Counted from the first letter of the stretch, positions 26,686 through 36,995 are shown. The stretch: DNA of 64,000 bases from Pseudanabaena sp. UWO311 (GCA_943371975.1 CALRWX020000001.1:24725-88724), one strand, 5' to 3'. Translations and numbers: made by a program. Notes: generated by a model from the sequence alone, not told the origin.

Positions 26686-28281
26686 ATGTTTTGGGCGGAT
26701 AAATTTGCAGTCGATGCAAGCGGCGATCGCATTATTGTTAACGATTCCAAAACCCCTTCTGGGCGTGTCCATGTCGGTTCATTGCGCGGGGTTGTGATTC
26801 ATGATGCTATCTACCGCGCCCTTCAACACGCAGGTAAACCCGTGACATTTACCTACGGTGTTGATGACTACGATGCTCTCGACACCGTACCCCATTACTT
26901 AGATCAAGAGAAATTTACGCCCTATTTAGGACAGCCTCTTTGCAATGTCCCCTCGCCTGAAGCATCAGCGACCGACTATGCCAAATACTTTATGGGCGAA
27001 TTTCTGGAAGTATTCGAGCATTTAGGTGTACGCCCCGAAATTTACTACCTGCGCGATCTCTATCGTTCGGGCAAGATGAATCAATATATCGATTTATTCT
27101 TGAACAATGCTCATCTCGTCCGTGAGTCTTACAAAGAAGTCAGCAAAGCCGATCGTCCTGATAATTGGTACCCCTTCCAAACTATTTGTGAAAACTGCGG
27201 CAAAATTGCGACTACGGTTGTCACCGACTACAAAGATGGCAAAGTCTTTTACACCTGCAAGCCTAATGCGATGGAGTATGTCAAAGGCTGTGGTCATACA
27301 GGCTGGGTGTCGCCCTTTGATGGTAATGGTAAATTGCCTTGGAAGGTAGAATGGGTTGCTAAGTGGGAAGTTGTGGGTGTATCGATTGAGCTAGCTGGTA
27401 AGGATCACTCACAAAAGGGTGGTTCTCGCGATGTGGCTAACTCCATTTGTCGCAAAGTCCTCAAAAAGAATCCTCCTACCCATGCGCCCTACGAATTTAT
27501 TTTGGTAAATGGAACTAAAATGAGTTCTTCTAAAGGAGTTGGTTCTAGTGCTAAGGAAATTGCGGATTTATTACCTCCTGAATTATTGCGCTTTCTAATG
27601 TTGCGGACGCAGCCTCGCAGCGTGATTAATTTCATGCCTAACTATGAGACCGTGACTCGCCTCTTCCGCGATTATGATACTTTGATAGGCAAATATCAAG
27701 ATGATGCGCCTAAGGATGAAAAGGCTCAAGAAGAATTAGTTCCTCTTATCTATTCGCAATTGAATATGGAGGAGAAAGTCGAAGTTTATCAAGCTTTTGA
27801 TTTTAGTACGCTAATTTCGCTCTTACAGATCCCTCACCTTAATCTTGAAGCAGAAATAGTCGCTAGAAGTATCAACCCACTGAACGATCGCGACCGAGAA
27901 GTCGTACGCGATCGCATTAGAGTCGGCAAAAAATGGCTACAGGACTATGCTGATGAAGAAGAGAAATTAGTTCTATATCTTGACTCCATGCCCGAAAAAG
28001 CAAAAACACTCGCCGCCGAACAAGTTACTTATCTTGAGCTTTTAGCAACTAATCTTGCAGCTGATGTCAAATGGGACGGAGAAGAACTGCAAAACCTATT
28101 GTTTAGTACATCCAAGCAAGTAGAAGTTTCTCAGAAAAGTGCATTTGCCGCAGTTTACTACACTTTCTTAAATAAGGAGCGTGGACCAAAAGCAGGAAGT
28201 TTACTTTCGTATTTAGATAAAGATTTCGTGATTAAGCGCATTAAAGATGCGATCACCCTAAATCTTGTGCCTATAGGATAA
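26686..28281 (+). CDS. lysK: class I (archaeal-type) lysine--tRNA ligase
   Basis: MFWADKFA start (the ORF opens at TTG 26659, but I prefer ATG 26686). HIGH-like PSGRVHVGSLRG, GKDH and KMSSSKG (the KMSKS equivalent). The length and layout fit class-I LysRS, not class II. Confidence 0.85.
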   Translation: MFWADKFAVDASGDRIIVNDSKTPSGRVHVGSLRGVVIHDAIYRALQHAGKPVTFTYGVDDYDALDTVPHYLDQEKFTPYLGQPLCNVPSPEASATDYAKYFMGEFLEVFEHLGVRPEIYYLRDLYRSGKMNQYIDLFLNNAHLVRESYKEVSKADRPDNWYPFQTICENCGKIATTVVTDYKDGKVFYTCKPNAMEYVKGCGHTGWVSPFDGNGKLPWKVEWVAKWEVVGVSIELAGKDHSQKGGSRDVANSICRKVLKKNPPTHAPYEFILVNGTKMSSSKGVGSSAKEIADLLPPELLRFLMLRTQPRSVINFMPNYETVTRLFRDYDTLIGKYQDDAPKDEKAQEELVPLIYSQLNMEEKVEVYQAFDFSTLISLLQIPHLNLEAEIVARSINPLNDRDREVVRDRIRVGKKWLQDYADEEEKLVLYLDSMPEKAKTLAAEQVTYLELLATNLAADVKWDGEELQNLLFSTSKQVEVSQKSAFAAVYYTFLNKERGPKAGSLLSYLDKDFVIKRIKDAITLNLVPIG

Positions 28282-28308
28282 AAAATTCGCGATGCGAATT
28301 TTTTATCC
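28276..28308 (+). terminator. rho-independent terminator of the LysRS gene
   Basis: ggataaaaaattcgc gat gcgaattttttatcc overlaps the TAA stop. Confidence 0.75.
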
Positions 28309-28315
28309 TCAGAAA

Positions 28316-28351
28316 CAGAGAAAGGCAGTGCAAAAGCACTGCCTTTCTCTG
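28316..28351. terminator. bidirectional terminator hairpin between convergent LysRS and Mo-nitro_C genes
   Basis: cagagaaaggcagtgc aaaa gcactgcctttctctg, followed by a T-run on the plus strand. It lies 7 nt from the minus-strand gene stop. Confidence 0.75.
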
Positions 28352-28357
28352 TTTTTC

Positions 28358-28729
28358 TTAGCAATAGGAGCTAATGTCTTCACCGCATCGATCAGCTAAA
28401 AAGCAGAGCGCGCGAAATCTTAAATATACTAATTCGTCGTAAAGGGGATTGAGTTTACACAGAGGAGGAATATGTATTAGAGTGTGACCAAAAAATTTAA
28501 TGGTACGTTCAAAAGGGCATTGAGCAGGGACTAGCTTTGCGATAAGGTGGGCTGTTTGTGATTTCTGGATTTCAAAATTGTCTAACTTCTTGCGTAAAGG
28601 CTTGAGGATATCAAAGGTTGCTGGAGACCGAGAACTTTTGAGATCTGGGGTTTCCCCACCAAATCCTGTGCTATTAATACTTGACATGTTCACCAAACGC
28701 TCTCTTGAATCAGAGTTATGTACGTTCAA
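28358..28729 (-). CDS. Mo-dependent nitrogenase C-terminal domain family protein (function unknown)
   Basis: CPFERTIKFFGHTLIHIPPLCKLNPLYDELVYLRFRALCFLADRCGED matches the conserved cyanobacterial Mo-nitro_C pattern. The start codon is uncertain. Confidence 0.7.
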   Translation of the reverse strand: MNVHNSDSRERLVNMSSINSTGFGGETPDLKSSRSPATFDILKPLRKKLDNFEIQKSQTAHLIAKLVPAQCPFERTIKFFGHTLIHIPPLCKLNPLYDELVYLRFRALCFLADRCGEDISSYC

Positions 28730-28942
28730 ACCAGTTACGTTACTAATCTTAACATAACTGGTTTGAATAGAGTGTCGAAAAATGTATTATTCATCCTTAT
28801 GTATGAGATTATGGATACAATCGAAAGATAGTACTTTTTCTATACTCTTCATAGATTAAAGAATGCCCACTTGAATGTATTGACGATCGCAAAACTCTTA
28901 AAATTAACAAAAAAGACGTGCTTGGCACGTCCTTTTTTGTTG

Positions 28943-29761
28943 TTAGATCCGACTAGGGATTGGACCACGTCTTCCTGATACCGTAATTGAATCTTGAAGA
29001 AATTGGTACAGGTGCTGAACATGGGAATTGTCAGTAAAGTTTGCCAGTTTCTCAAGTGCTTCAACTAGGGTCAGATCTTGATGGTAGAGCAATCGAAATG
29101 CTGACTTTAGTAGCTGTTGGGTTTCCACGTCTAGACCAGCCCGATCAATACCAACTCGATTAAGAGTACGAACACGAGAGGGATTGCCCTCAACCAAAGT
29201 ATAGGGAGGAACATCGCGTTCAATGCGACTCATTCCGCCCACCATTGATAAACGACCAATGCGGACAAATTGATGCACACCTAGCACACCACTAAGTCTG
29301 GCATGGGACTCGATATGTACATGACCTGCTAAAGCAACGCCGTTAGCAATAATTATTCGATCTTCGAGTTCGCAGTTATGCCCAACATGGACATAGGCCA
29401 TCAGTAAGTTACCGTTACCGATTGCTGTAACTTCATTGGCTTCATTGGCGCGATTAATCGTGACATATTCACGAATACGGTTGTCATTCCCGATTTGTAC
29501 AAGACTTTCGGCTCCCAAATACTTTAGGTCTTGGGAGTCTAAACCGATCGCTGCACCTGGATAAATCTGGTTGCGATCGCCGATTTCGGTACGCCCTTCA
29601 ACAATGGCATGATGCCCAATGACAGTATGAGCGCCAATTTCCACCTGCTCACCGATGACGGCATAAGCTCCGACTTTGACAGTTGGATGTAGTTGGGCAT
29701 CAGGATGCACTATGGCTGTCGGGTGAATAAATTCAGACACAGGCGCATGGGACACAGGCAT
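28943..29761 (-). CDS. lpxA: acyl-ACP--UDP-N-acetylglucosamine O-acyltransferase
   Basis: Left-handed beta-helix hexapeptide repeats (IHPTAIVHPDAQLHPTVKVGAYAVIGEQVEIG...) and the LpxA C-terminal helical domain. I prefer the ATG at 29759-29761. Confidence 0.9.
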   Translation of the reverse strand: MPVSHAPVSEFIHPTAIVHPDAQLHPTVKVGAYAVIGEQVEIGAHTVIGHHAIVEGRTEIGDRNQIYPGAAIGLDSQDLKYLGAESLVQIGNDNRIREYVTINRANEANEVTAIGNGNLLMAYVHVGHNCELEDRIIIANGVALAGHVHIESHARLSGVLGVHQFVRIGRLSMVGGMSRIERDVPPYTLVEGNPSRVRTLNRVGIDRAGLDVETQQLLKSAFRLLYHQDLTLVEALEKLANFTDNSHVQHLYQFLQDSITVSGRRGPIPSRI

Positions 29762-29879
29762 AAAAAATTTGGCTCGCTTGATACTAAGATAGATCGCTTT
29801 GTTTGCGATCGCTTGGATCGCCAGTGGATAATTAAAATAACCGTTGTTTTTTAGAGTACAAATCGCTCTAAAAAACAAC

Positions 29880-30407
29880 CTAAAGATTTACTAAGGAAAA
29901 CATCAATTCACCCTCACAGGCAAGCTGACCATCGACTTCTGCTCGTCCATGCATCTTACCAAAGCGCTTGCGGGCAACAAGCAACTCAGTGGTGATCGTT
30001 AGACGATCACCAGGGACGACAGGACGACGAAATCGAACTTTATCAATGCCTGCAAATAGGGAAAGCTGATCTTCCATCCCAGGTAAATGTCTTAACACAA
30101 TACCGCCTACCTGCGCCATTGCTTCGACAATCAGTACTCCTGGCATGATTGGACGCTCAGGAAAATGTCCTTGAAAGAATGGTTCGTTGAAAGTCACATT
30201 TTTAATACCTGTCGCTGATTTGTTCGGTACAAACTCAATGATGCGATCAACCAGCAAAAAAGGATAGCGATGGGGTAGTAACTTCTGAATATCCTCAATC
30301 ATCAAAATCTGACTGGGTGTATTTGCAACCTCACTATTTGAATTAGGCTTTGGCTCAGAGTTTAGGTCGGTGCTATGTATATTTGTTTCTTCAGTCAAAG
30401 TGGACAT
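29880..30407 (-). CDS. fabZ: 3-hydroxyacyl-ACP dehydratase
   Basis: [13 protein letters not shown] ... [23 protein letters not shown] is the FabZ signature. Confidence 0.95.
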   Translation of the reverse strand: MSTLTEETNIHSTDLNSEPKPNSNSEVANTPSQILMIEDIQKLLPHRYPFLLVDRIIEFVPNKSATGIKNVTFNEPFFQGHFPERPIMPGVLIVEAMAQVGGIVLRHLPGMEDQLSLFAGIDKVRFRRPVVPGDRLTITTELLVARKRFGKMHGRAEVDGQLACEGELMFSLVNL

Positions 30408-30470
30408 ATTTAAGTATTAAATTGGCGGTATTGGAGTGCTAATGCTGACAGTTCAAAGTATTTGCCAACA

Positions 30471-31307
30471 TTAGCTTCTAGAGATTTGCTTAGCTATGGC
30501 GATCGCAAATTCAGCATGAAGGTTATGGCTAGCTTTGTAGGCAAGAATATGCGCTCTTGGTAAAAATCCTAGCAAGCTTATGTCACCAATGAGATCTAAA
30601 AGTTTATGACGACAGGGCTCATTGTCAAAACGCAGGGGCGGATTAACCCAGCGCTCGTCATCACAAACAATCGCATTATCGAGACTTCCACCTTTAATTA
30701 GTCCTGCGGCACGAGCTTGCTCAATAAAAGCTGCGAGGGTAAAGGTTCGGGCTGGGGCAATTTCGGCGACAAATTGCTCACTAAATTTATTGATTTCAGG
30801 CGACCAGCTAAACCACTGTTCACCAATAGCTTTCGTCGGATACTCAACTCCATAGGTAAAGCGTAAAGTATTTGCAGGAATCGCAGTAACAAAGCTATCA
30901 CCCTTAGAAACGGTAATTGTTCCGGTGAGAGGAACCAAGCGATCGCCTTCGATTTGAGTCTCGATACCAACCTTAGCGATCGCCTCTACCCAAGGCAAAG
31001 CTGACCCATCAAGAATTGGTAATTCAGGACGATCAAGCTCAATAGCAGCATTATGGACGCCCATACCAAATAGAGCCGAAAGCAAATGTTCGACAGTCCT
31101 TACGCCTATACCATCTTGACGTAACTCCGTCGATAGCTGCGAGCCTAGAACGACACTAGTATTTGCAGGGATTTTAGTATTGCCATAGATAAAATAGCAT
31201 CCTGCATCAACAGGGGCAGGCTTAACTGTTACAGAAACATGCTCACCGCTATGAAGCCCGATCCCTGACAACGAAAATGGGGCAGCGATCGTCTGTTGAT
31301 ACAGCAT
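30471..31307 (-). CDS. lpxC: UDP-3-O-acyl-N-acetylglucosamine deacetylase
   Basis: QQTIA..SLSGIGLHSG, TVEHLLSAL and HKLLDLIGD are LpxC motifs. Confidence 0.9.
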   Translation of the reverse strand: MLYQQTIAAPFSLSGIGLHSGEHVSVTVKPAPVDAGCYFIYGNTKIPANTSVVLGSQLSTELRQDGIGVRTVEHLLSALFGMGVHNAAIELDRPELPILDGSALPWVEAIAKVGIETQIEGDRLVPLTGTITVSKGDSFVTAIPANTLRFTYGVEYPTKAIGEQWFSWSPEINKFSEQFVAEIAPARTFTLAAFIEQARAAGLIKGGSLDNAIVCDDERWVNPPLRFDNEPCRHKLLDLIGDISLLGFLPRAHILAYKASHNLHAEFAIAIAKQISRS

Positions 31308-31309
31308 GA

Positions 31310-33307
31310 CTAGAATTTTTCTCCTAGACCAAAGCTAAACTGAGTTCCGCCATCGGATGCCAAACCGTAATCTACTCTGATGGAGCCAAGGGGGGATTGG
31401 ACTCGGACACCAATACCATAACCAGCACCACTACCCGGTTTATTTCTTGCTCCCGCAGGATTACCTGGAACTGACGGAGCCGATCCTAAATCTGTACCAT
31501 AGTCAAAGAACAGCACGCCACCAACAATACTGAAAACAGGGAAGCGATATTCTGCGGAGAAAATACTAAAGCTACGACCACTACCAATTTTGCCCTCATC
31601 CCAGCCGCGTACTGAGTTGCTACCACCAATTTGAAATGCTTCGTAGGGAGGTAGCGTACCAATTACAGTACCAGCTTGGAAATTAAACGCCAGAGCTTGT
31701 GTACCTTCAGAAAAATTCAAAAACTTAACTGGGACAAAGTAGCTATAACTAGCCCTGACTCGATTTAAGAAAATAGATCCTAAGCCAATAGGAATAGATT
31801 GCTCAGTGGCAATCCGAAATACGGAACCAGATGAAGGCTTAAGGGGGTTATCTCTTTGATCACTTGCATAGGCAAATTGCAATAACAGCAAGTCATCTTG
31901 CCCTGTACCACTTGCTGTAAGCGAATTGCCGAGAAAGTCCGTAGCCACGACCGCATTGTCTGTATTGTCAAGTACGCTGACACGCTGGTAGCGAAAACCT
32001 AGTGAAGCCGTTTCCGTAGTACTTAACGGACGGGAGAAACTAAAACCAGTGCCGAGTCGATTGATAACTAGTTGGTTGTTGTTAACTGCGGCTCCGACGG
32101 GACTATCAAAAATGTAGCTAAATACCCGTTGATTGAAAATATTAGCCGTGAACGAAGTGCGATTAGGATCACCTGCTAACCAAGGATCGGTAAAGTTAAG
32201 GTCAAACAACAAAGAAGTTGTGCCAACTTGAATGTCTAAACCAAGCTTTTGGTTGTTGCCACCAAGATTTTGCTGTTGAAAGCTGACTGTACCAAATAAA
32301 CCTGTTGACGAACTTAAGCCTGCACCTGCGGCGATCGAACCCGTATTTTTCTCCTTAACATTGACCGTAACGATCACTTTTTTAGGATCACTACCCGGAG
32401 CAAGTCCAATGTTGAGATCGTCAAATAGTCCAAGAGCAAAAACCTTTTGCAAATCATTTTGAACTGTATTTTTATTAAAGACTTCACCTTCCTTAATTGT
32501 AAGTTCGCGGGTAATGATAAAGTCGCGGGTATTACCAGTGACAGGCTTACCATCTTTGTCTACCGTTTTACCATCCTCGTTAATAAAGGCAACTTTGATA
32601 CCCTCAATCGTCCCCTCAGAGGCAATTAAATTGATATCACCTTCAGGGGTGGCCTTGATGTCGACAATTTGAGCTAGAGAATAGCCCTTATCTTGATAGT
32701 ACTTTTCGAGTTCTTTTACTCCTGCTTGAATGTCCTTGAGGTTGGTGATTTTGCCAATCTGGGGACCAAAAATGCGATCAATGACTCCTTTTTCCAATAC
32801 TTTAGTCCCTTCGGCATTGACGGATTTCAGAATAGGATTGGGCAAGACAAAGAAGGTGACACGAACACCAATATCAGTATCTTCTGGCTCAGCTTGGACA
32901 TTTGAGAAGAAACCTGTGGCAAATACTGCATTAATGTCAGATTGTAGCTGCGTTTTTGTTACAGTCCGTCCAGGCTTTGTTGAAATCACATCATAAATTT
33001 TTGTTTGAAGTTCAGGGGGGAGAGGAGCCTGTCCTTCTGGTGTTTTAATGGCAACTTCACCAACTAACACCTGAACTTCCGATGTAGATGCAGGCGGAGT
33101 CGTCGTTGACGGCAGGGTAAAATTTGATGGAGTATTCGGCTGAGTTGAAGGAGCATTGGGTGCGCTAGGCGTAGTCGGAGTAGTTGGCTGCGGAGTCGGC
33201 GCTTGAGCAATCTCTTGCCGTGCAGGGGCAGCCTTTGCCAGCAGGGGATTAGATAGTAATGTGCTGGATGCGGCAATGGCTGTGAATACGAGCAAGTTTA
33301 TACGCAT
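31310..33307 (-). CDS. bamA: outer membrane protein assembly factor BamA (Omp85/Toc75 type) with a Pro/Thr-rich N-terminal region
   Basis: Signal peptide, P/T-rich linker, POTRA repeats and a C-terminal beta-barrel ending ...QFSFGLGEKF. I prefer the ATG at 33305-33307 (MRINLL). Confidence 0.9.
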   Translation of the reverse strand: MRINLLVFTAIAASSTLLSNPLLAKAAPARQEIAQAPTPQPTTPTTPSAPNAPSTQPNTPSNFTLPSTTTPPASTSEVQVLVGEVAIKTPEGQAPLPPELQTKIYDVISTKPGRTVTKTQLQSDINAVFATGFFSNVQAEPEDTDIGVRVTFFVLPNPILKSVNAEGTKVLEKGVIDRIFGPQIGKITNLKDIQAGVKELEKYYQDKGYSLAQIVDIKATPEGDINLIASEGTIEGIKVAFINEDGKTVDKDGKPVTGNTRDFIITRELTIKEGEVFNKNTVQNDLQKVFALGLFDDLNIGLAPGSDPKKVIVTVNVKEKNTGSIAAGAGLSSSTGLFGTVSFQQQNLGGNNQKLGLDIQVGTTSLLFDLNFTDPWLAGDPNRTSFTANIFNQRVFSYIFDSPVGAAVNNNQLVINRLGTGFSFSRPLSTTETASLGFRYQRVSVLDNTDNAVVATDFLGNSLTASGTGQDDLLLLQFAYASDQRDNPLKPSSGSVFRIATEQSIPIGLGSIFLNRVRASYSYFVPVKFLNFSEGTQALAFNFQAGTVIGTLPPYEAFQIGGSNSVRGWDEGKIGSGRSFSIFSAEYRFPVFSIVGGVLFFDYGTDLGSAPSVPGNPAGARNKPGSGAGYGIGVRVQSPLGSIRVDYGLASDGGTQFSFGLGEKF

Positions 33308-33528
33308 AAAGTCTTCCAAACACCTACAGAATATTTAAGAGGAAACTATTGACGAGCAAATGTAAACAGAAAGTTTCTGGAACTAGTAATAGATTACTAT
33401 AACTTTCAATATCCCTATATTGCTAGAGTTTGACAATCTAGTTTTATTTTGTGGGGATAAAACTACAGTTTATTTGAGCTTATTCCTAAAAAGTACTGCA
33501 AAGCATCACTTTTTAAAATCATTTAAAA

Positions 33529-34257
33529 TCATTGGTCGATCGCAGCCAATACGCGCTTTAGTACTTCTTGATAAGCTTCAGCAACATTGCCAAGATCTTT
33601 GCGAAATCGGTCTTTGTCTAAGATACGAGCCGTAGGATCGGCGATCGCTTTGTCCCAGAGACGACAGGTATCGGGACTAATCTCATCGGCTAGCAATAAT
33701 GTACCCCTAGTATCTACGCCAATTTCAATTTTAAAATCAACCAAAATTAAGTTGCAACGATCAAAAAATGCTTGTAGGTGATGGTTAATACTTATCGCAA
33801 GTTGCTTGAGTTGTTTAACCTGTTCGGGGGTTGCCAAATCGAGTAGGGCAACATGAGCATCGGTAATTAGAGGATCGCCTAGATCGTCATTTTTATAGAA
33901 AAATTCGACTAGGGGTTGTTTGAGGGGTTGCCCTTGCTCTAATCCGAGACGTTTACAAATACTACCTGCGGCAATGTTTCGTACAACTACTTCGATTGGC
34001 AAAATCTTAACCGCAGCAACCTCCATTTCAGTAGGTGAGATTTGCTTGATAAAGTGAGTGGCAATACCCTGATCCTCTAGATACTGAAAAATATGCGATG
34101 TGATCGCACAGTTCACTTCTCCTTTTTTAGAGATTGTACCTTTTTTTAAAGCATTGAAGGCAGTTGCATCATCTTTGTATCGCGACAACAAAATATTGGG
34201 GTCATCTGTCGTAAACAGAATTTTGGCTTTGCCTTCGTAGAGCTTAGTTCCACTCAT
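33529..34257 (-). CDS. purC: phosphoribosylaminoimidazole-succinocarboxamide (SAICAR) synthase
   Basis: LYEGKAKILF ... ADEISPDTCRLWD are canonical PurC motifs. Confidence 0.95.
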   Translation of the reverse strand: MSGTKLYEGKAKILFTTDDPNILLSRYKDDATAFNALKKGTISKKGEVNCAITSHIFQYLEDQGIATHFIKQISPTEMEVAAVKILPIEVVVRNIAAGSICKRLGLEQGQPLKQPLVEFFYKNDDLGDPLITDAHVALLDLATPEQVKQLKQLAISINHHLQAFFDRCNLILVDFKIEIGVDTRGTLLLADEISPDTCRLWDKAIADPTARILDKDRFRKDLGNVAEAYQEVLKRVLAAIDQ

Positions 34258-34373
34258 GGATATATTGCGATAAGTAATTGCTTAAGTATTTTATCGGAAA
34301 ATGGAAGGCATTTTAAGGCGATCCCATTTCACAAGCGATTTGCGATAAATTGTGCCACAACTCGCTTATAGCA

Positions 34374-34427
34374 GGCTTCGACATCGCTCAGCCAACGTAT
34401 CCCTTTGGCTGAGCGATGTCGAAGTCC
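34374..34427. repeat. dispersed hairpin repeat, family B (CTTCGACNTCGCTCAGCC stem)
   Basis: ggcttcgacatcgctcagcc ... ggctgagcgatgtcgaagtcc. The flank aaatcatttagga is shared with the copy at 51020-51093. Confidence 0.85.
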
Positions 34428-34467
34428 TATTTTTCTCATAAATCATTTAGGAATGTTGTATTGAGTT

Positions 34468-35970
34468 TTAAGCTAGTTTCACAAAATTTAATTCTTCACT
34501 GGTGAAGCTTTCAAAGTTAGTTTGCTGATTAGCTAATAGCTCAACGGTGGCATCGGCAATATCATTGTTGGCGGCGGCGCGATCGCGTAAACGTTGCTGT
34601 AAAACTTCTACAGGAGCAGTGCAATAGATGATTTCTACAGGAATATTTTGGGCTTGAGCAGCAGCGATCGCTTGGCTTCTCAAGCTAACACGATCATGCT
34701 TTGCATCAAGAATGACGGTAAAACCTTTGCTTGATAGCAAAGCACCTAGCTCCGTCAATCTGGCATAGGTTTTCGCCGTCATCTCTGGCGTATAAATATC
34801 ATCACTACCACGCTCAAATAGAGAAATTCCTGCAATTTGCTTGCGGATAGCATCTGATCGCAGATAAATGGCATCTTGTTTTGAGGCGATCGCTCTTGCC
34901 GTTGTACTTTTACCAGAACCAGACACCCCTGACATGATGATTAATTTGCCTTGTTTGGTTTGCGTATATTCCCAAGCAAGTTTGTAATATGCAGCCGCTT
35001 CCTTTTGTGCATTTGCTTTCACACCCGCAGGAATATTCGGATCGTCGAGCAGGAATGATGTGACTTTGGCACGGATATAGGCTCTCATGCTGCAATGCAG
35101 TGGCAATAATACAACCCCTTCATAATCACCTGTGCGTTCTAGATAAGTATTTAGGAAAATATTAGCGAGATCACTTCTGCCACGAAATTGTAGATCCATT
35201 AACAGGAAGGCAGCATCGTATAGCACATCACTATTACGGAATGGCTCATTAAATTCGATGCAATCAAAGATTTGGATTTTATCTTGGTAAAGACAAATAT
35301 TCTTTAAATGAACATCACCATGACATTCGCGCACTTTCCCCTTAACAATGCGATCGCTAAACAAATCAACATTTTCAGCAAAAAACTTCTCGGTATAGGC
35401 ACGAGTTTGAGCAAGTTGCTCTGCGGTTTGAGCAATGCCGACATATTTTTCCGTAGAAGCATAATTATCATTAGCGACGGAGCGAACGGCGGCGGCTGTA
35501 CCAAAAGTATTGATATGGTCATTAGTAAGCGCCTGTTGATGAAAAGCTGCTAATTGTTCGCCAATTTGTCGCACATGGTCAGCCGTCAATCGACCCGAAG
35601 CAAACATCTCAGTTAATAAGTCTTCTTGGGAAAACTCTGGCATGGCGATCGCATATTCCGCTGCTGCTCCCTGACCTGATTTGTCAAAGCTATATTTCCC
35701 ATCAGTTTCGACAATTGGTAAAACCGATAGATATAAATCAGGTGCAAGACGACGGTTTAGACGAAGTTCTTCTTCACAAAAATATTTACGCTTTTCTAGA
35801 GTAGAGAAATCTAGAAAGCCAAAGTTCATTGGTTTCTTAACTTTGTACGCATATTTTCCTGTAAGTAGCACAAAGGAAATATGGGTTTGCAAAAGCTGAA
35901 TTGGTTCTGTGACAGGATGCTCATAAAACTTAGGTGAGAGCATCTGCTCGATAATCGGCGGTAGTGACAT
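34468..35970 (-). CDS. bifunctional aminoglycoside-phosphotransferase-like kinase / P-loop (AAA/zeta-like) ATP-binding protein
   Basis: N-terminal APH/choline-kinase-like domain (HGDVHLKNI, DCIEFN) and a C-terminal Walker A motif (MSGVSGSGKST). Confidence 0.8.
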   Translation of the reverse strand: MSLPPIIEQMLSPKFYEHPVTEPIQLLQTHISFVLLTGKYAYKVKKPMNFGFLDFSTLEKRKYFCEEELRLNRRLAPDLYLSVLPIVETDGKYSFDKSGQGAAAEYAIAMPEFSQEDLLTEMFASGRLTADHVRQIGEQLAAFHQQALTNDHINTFGTAAAVRSVANDNYASTEKYVGIAQTAEQLAQTRAYTEKFFAENVDLFSDRIVKGKVRECHGDVHLKNICLYQDKIQIFDCIEFNEPFRNSDVLYDAAFLLMDLQFRGRSDLANIFLNTYLERTGDYEGVVLLPLHCSMRAYIRAKVTSFLLDDPNIPAGVKANAQKEAAAYYKLAWEYTQTKQGKLIIMSGVSGSGKSTTARAIASKQDAIYLRSDAIRKQIAGISLFERGSDDIYTPEMTAKTYARLTELGALLSSKGFTVILDAKHDRVSLRSQAIAAAQAQNIPVEIIYCTAPVEVLQQRLRDRAAANNDIADATVELLANQQTNFESFTSEELNFVKLA

Positions 35971-36014
35971 AAATAAATCGCAAGTTAGGGTTTACATAAT
36001 ATAGCAATGCAAAT

Positions 36015-36067
36015 TTTAAAGCCCAAATAAAGGCGGCGCATAGCGCCGCCTTTATTTGGGCTTTAAA
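36015..36067 (-). terminator. 25-bp perfect stem-loop immediately after the 36068-36949 gene
   Basis: tttaaagcccaaataaaggcggcgc ata gcgccgcctttatttgggctttaaa. Confidence 0.7.
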
Positions 36068-36949
36068 TTAGTTAGGCTTTTTATAGCGTGTTAGCCAAGT
36101 AAAGAACAAAATTGGCATCGAAATTGCCACCAATGTTTCTGCCCAGAAGAATGAAAGAAAATCTGACAATCCACCGAGAGGCGGCACGCTAGGCTGAAGA
36201 TTGCGTACCGCAGGCAAAGCAAACAACATCCCCGCAATCAGTGTAAACATCCCAAATTCGATAGGGCGTGGCTGCAAAACTACGATCATTGTCATCGTAA
36301 AAACGACTAAACCAATCAACCACATGGCAATCATTAAGAAAATGGAGAAAGACTTAGTAATTACTGATCGCGATATTCTTACGCGCAATCCCATATAAGT
36401 GTCCGATGATTCAAACTCAGCCTTGGGAATATAATCAGCATCAATGTTATACCCTGAGATCGCCCCATAGAAATGTACTGCCATTGGAATCGCCTCCTTT
36501 TCATCCTTAGGGTTTGAGAAATAGAGGGAGAGATCAGAATTATGCTTATCAAAGGGATAGTCACTGACCCTGCCAACTACTGACACTGCACCTGTCACTG
36601 TATCAGGAATCCGATTCTTATCAAGGGTGACTTCCGCTTTGCCGCTTTCGATGCCTGTAAAGAATTTCAATTCTTTACTAAGACGATCATCTTTAGCATA
36701 TGTGCCTTCCGGTTTAGGCGCAAAACGAAGATTTATCTCTCCTTTAACGGGATCAACCCCCAATAAACTGATCGCAACATCCATACGGTTTGCCACTTTT
36801 TCATCGCCAAATATTAAATCAGCCGATCGCTGAGTGCGATCATTTTGATAGAAGTAAAGCGCTCCTGAAAATGCCCCGACAAATAAAGCTACAAAAATCA
36901 GTATTATAACAATACGTTTAATTAAGAGTTTGCGTGTGATATCTGCCAT
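36068..36949 (-). CDS. membrane protein (N-terminal TM, extracytoplasmic domain, 3 C-terminal TM; possibly DUF4436-like)
   Basis: 293 aa. The topology was read from hydrophobic stretches. The family name is from memory and has low certainty. Confidence 0.6.
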   Translation of the reverse strand: MADITRKLLIKRIVIILIFVALFVGAFSGALYFYQNDRTQRSADLIFGDEKVANRMDVAISLLGVDPVKGEINLRFAPKPEGTYAKDDRLSKELKFFTGIESGKAEVTLDKNRIPDTVTGAVSVVGRVSDYPFDKHNSDLSLYFSNPKDEKEAIPMAVHFYGAISGYNIDADYIPKAEFESSDTYMGLRVRISRSVITKSFSIFLMIAMWLIGLVVFTMTMIVVLQPRPIEFGMFTLIAGMLFALPAVRNLQPSVPPLGGLSDFLSFFWAETLVAISMPILFFTWLTRYKKPN

Positions 36950-36995
36950 ATAGTTCTATTCAGTGTAATTAGAGATACGAAAATCTCTAATTACA

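Noticed and set aside
28358-28729. Mo-nitrogenase C-terminal domain protein as a hint of a nif cluster
   Set aside because: This small family is widespread in cyanobacteria independently of nitrogen fixation. No nif genes are nearby.
28943-33319. bamA-lpxC-fabZ-lpxA operon together with nearby tamB as a possible novel envelope-biogenesis island
   Set aside because: This gene order is the standard conserved cyanobacterial arrangement. HIP1 density and composition look native.
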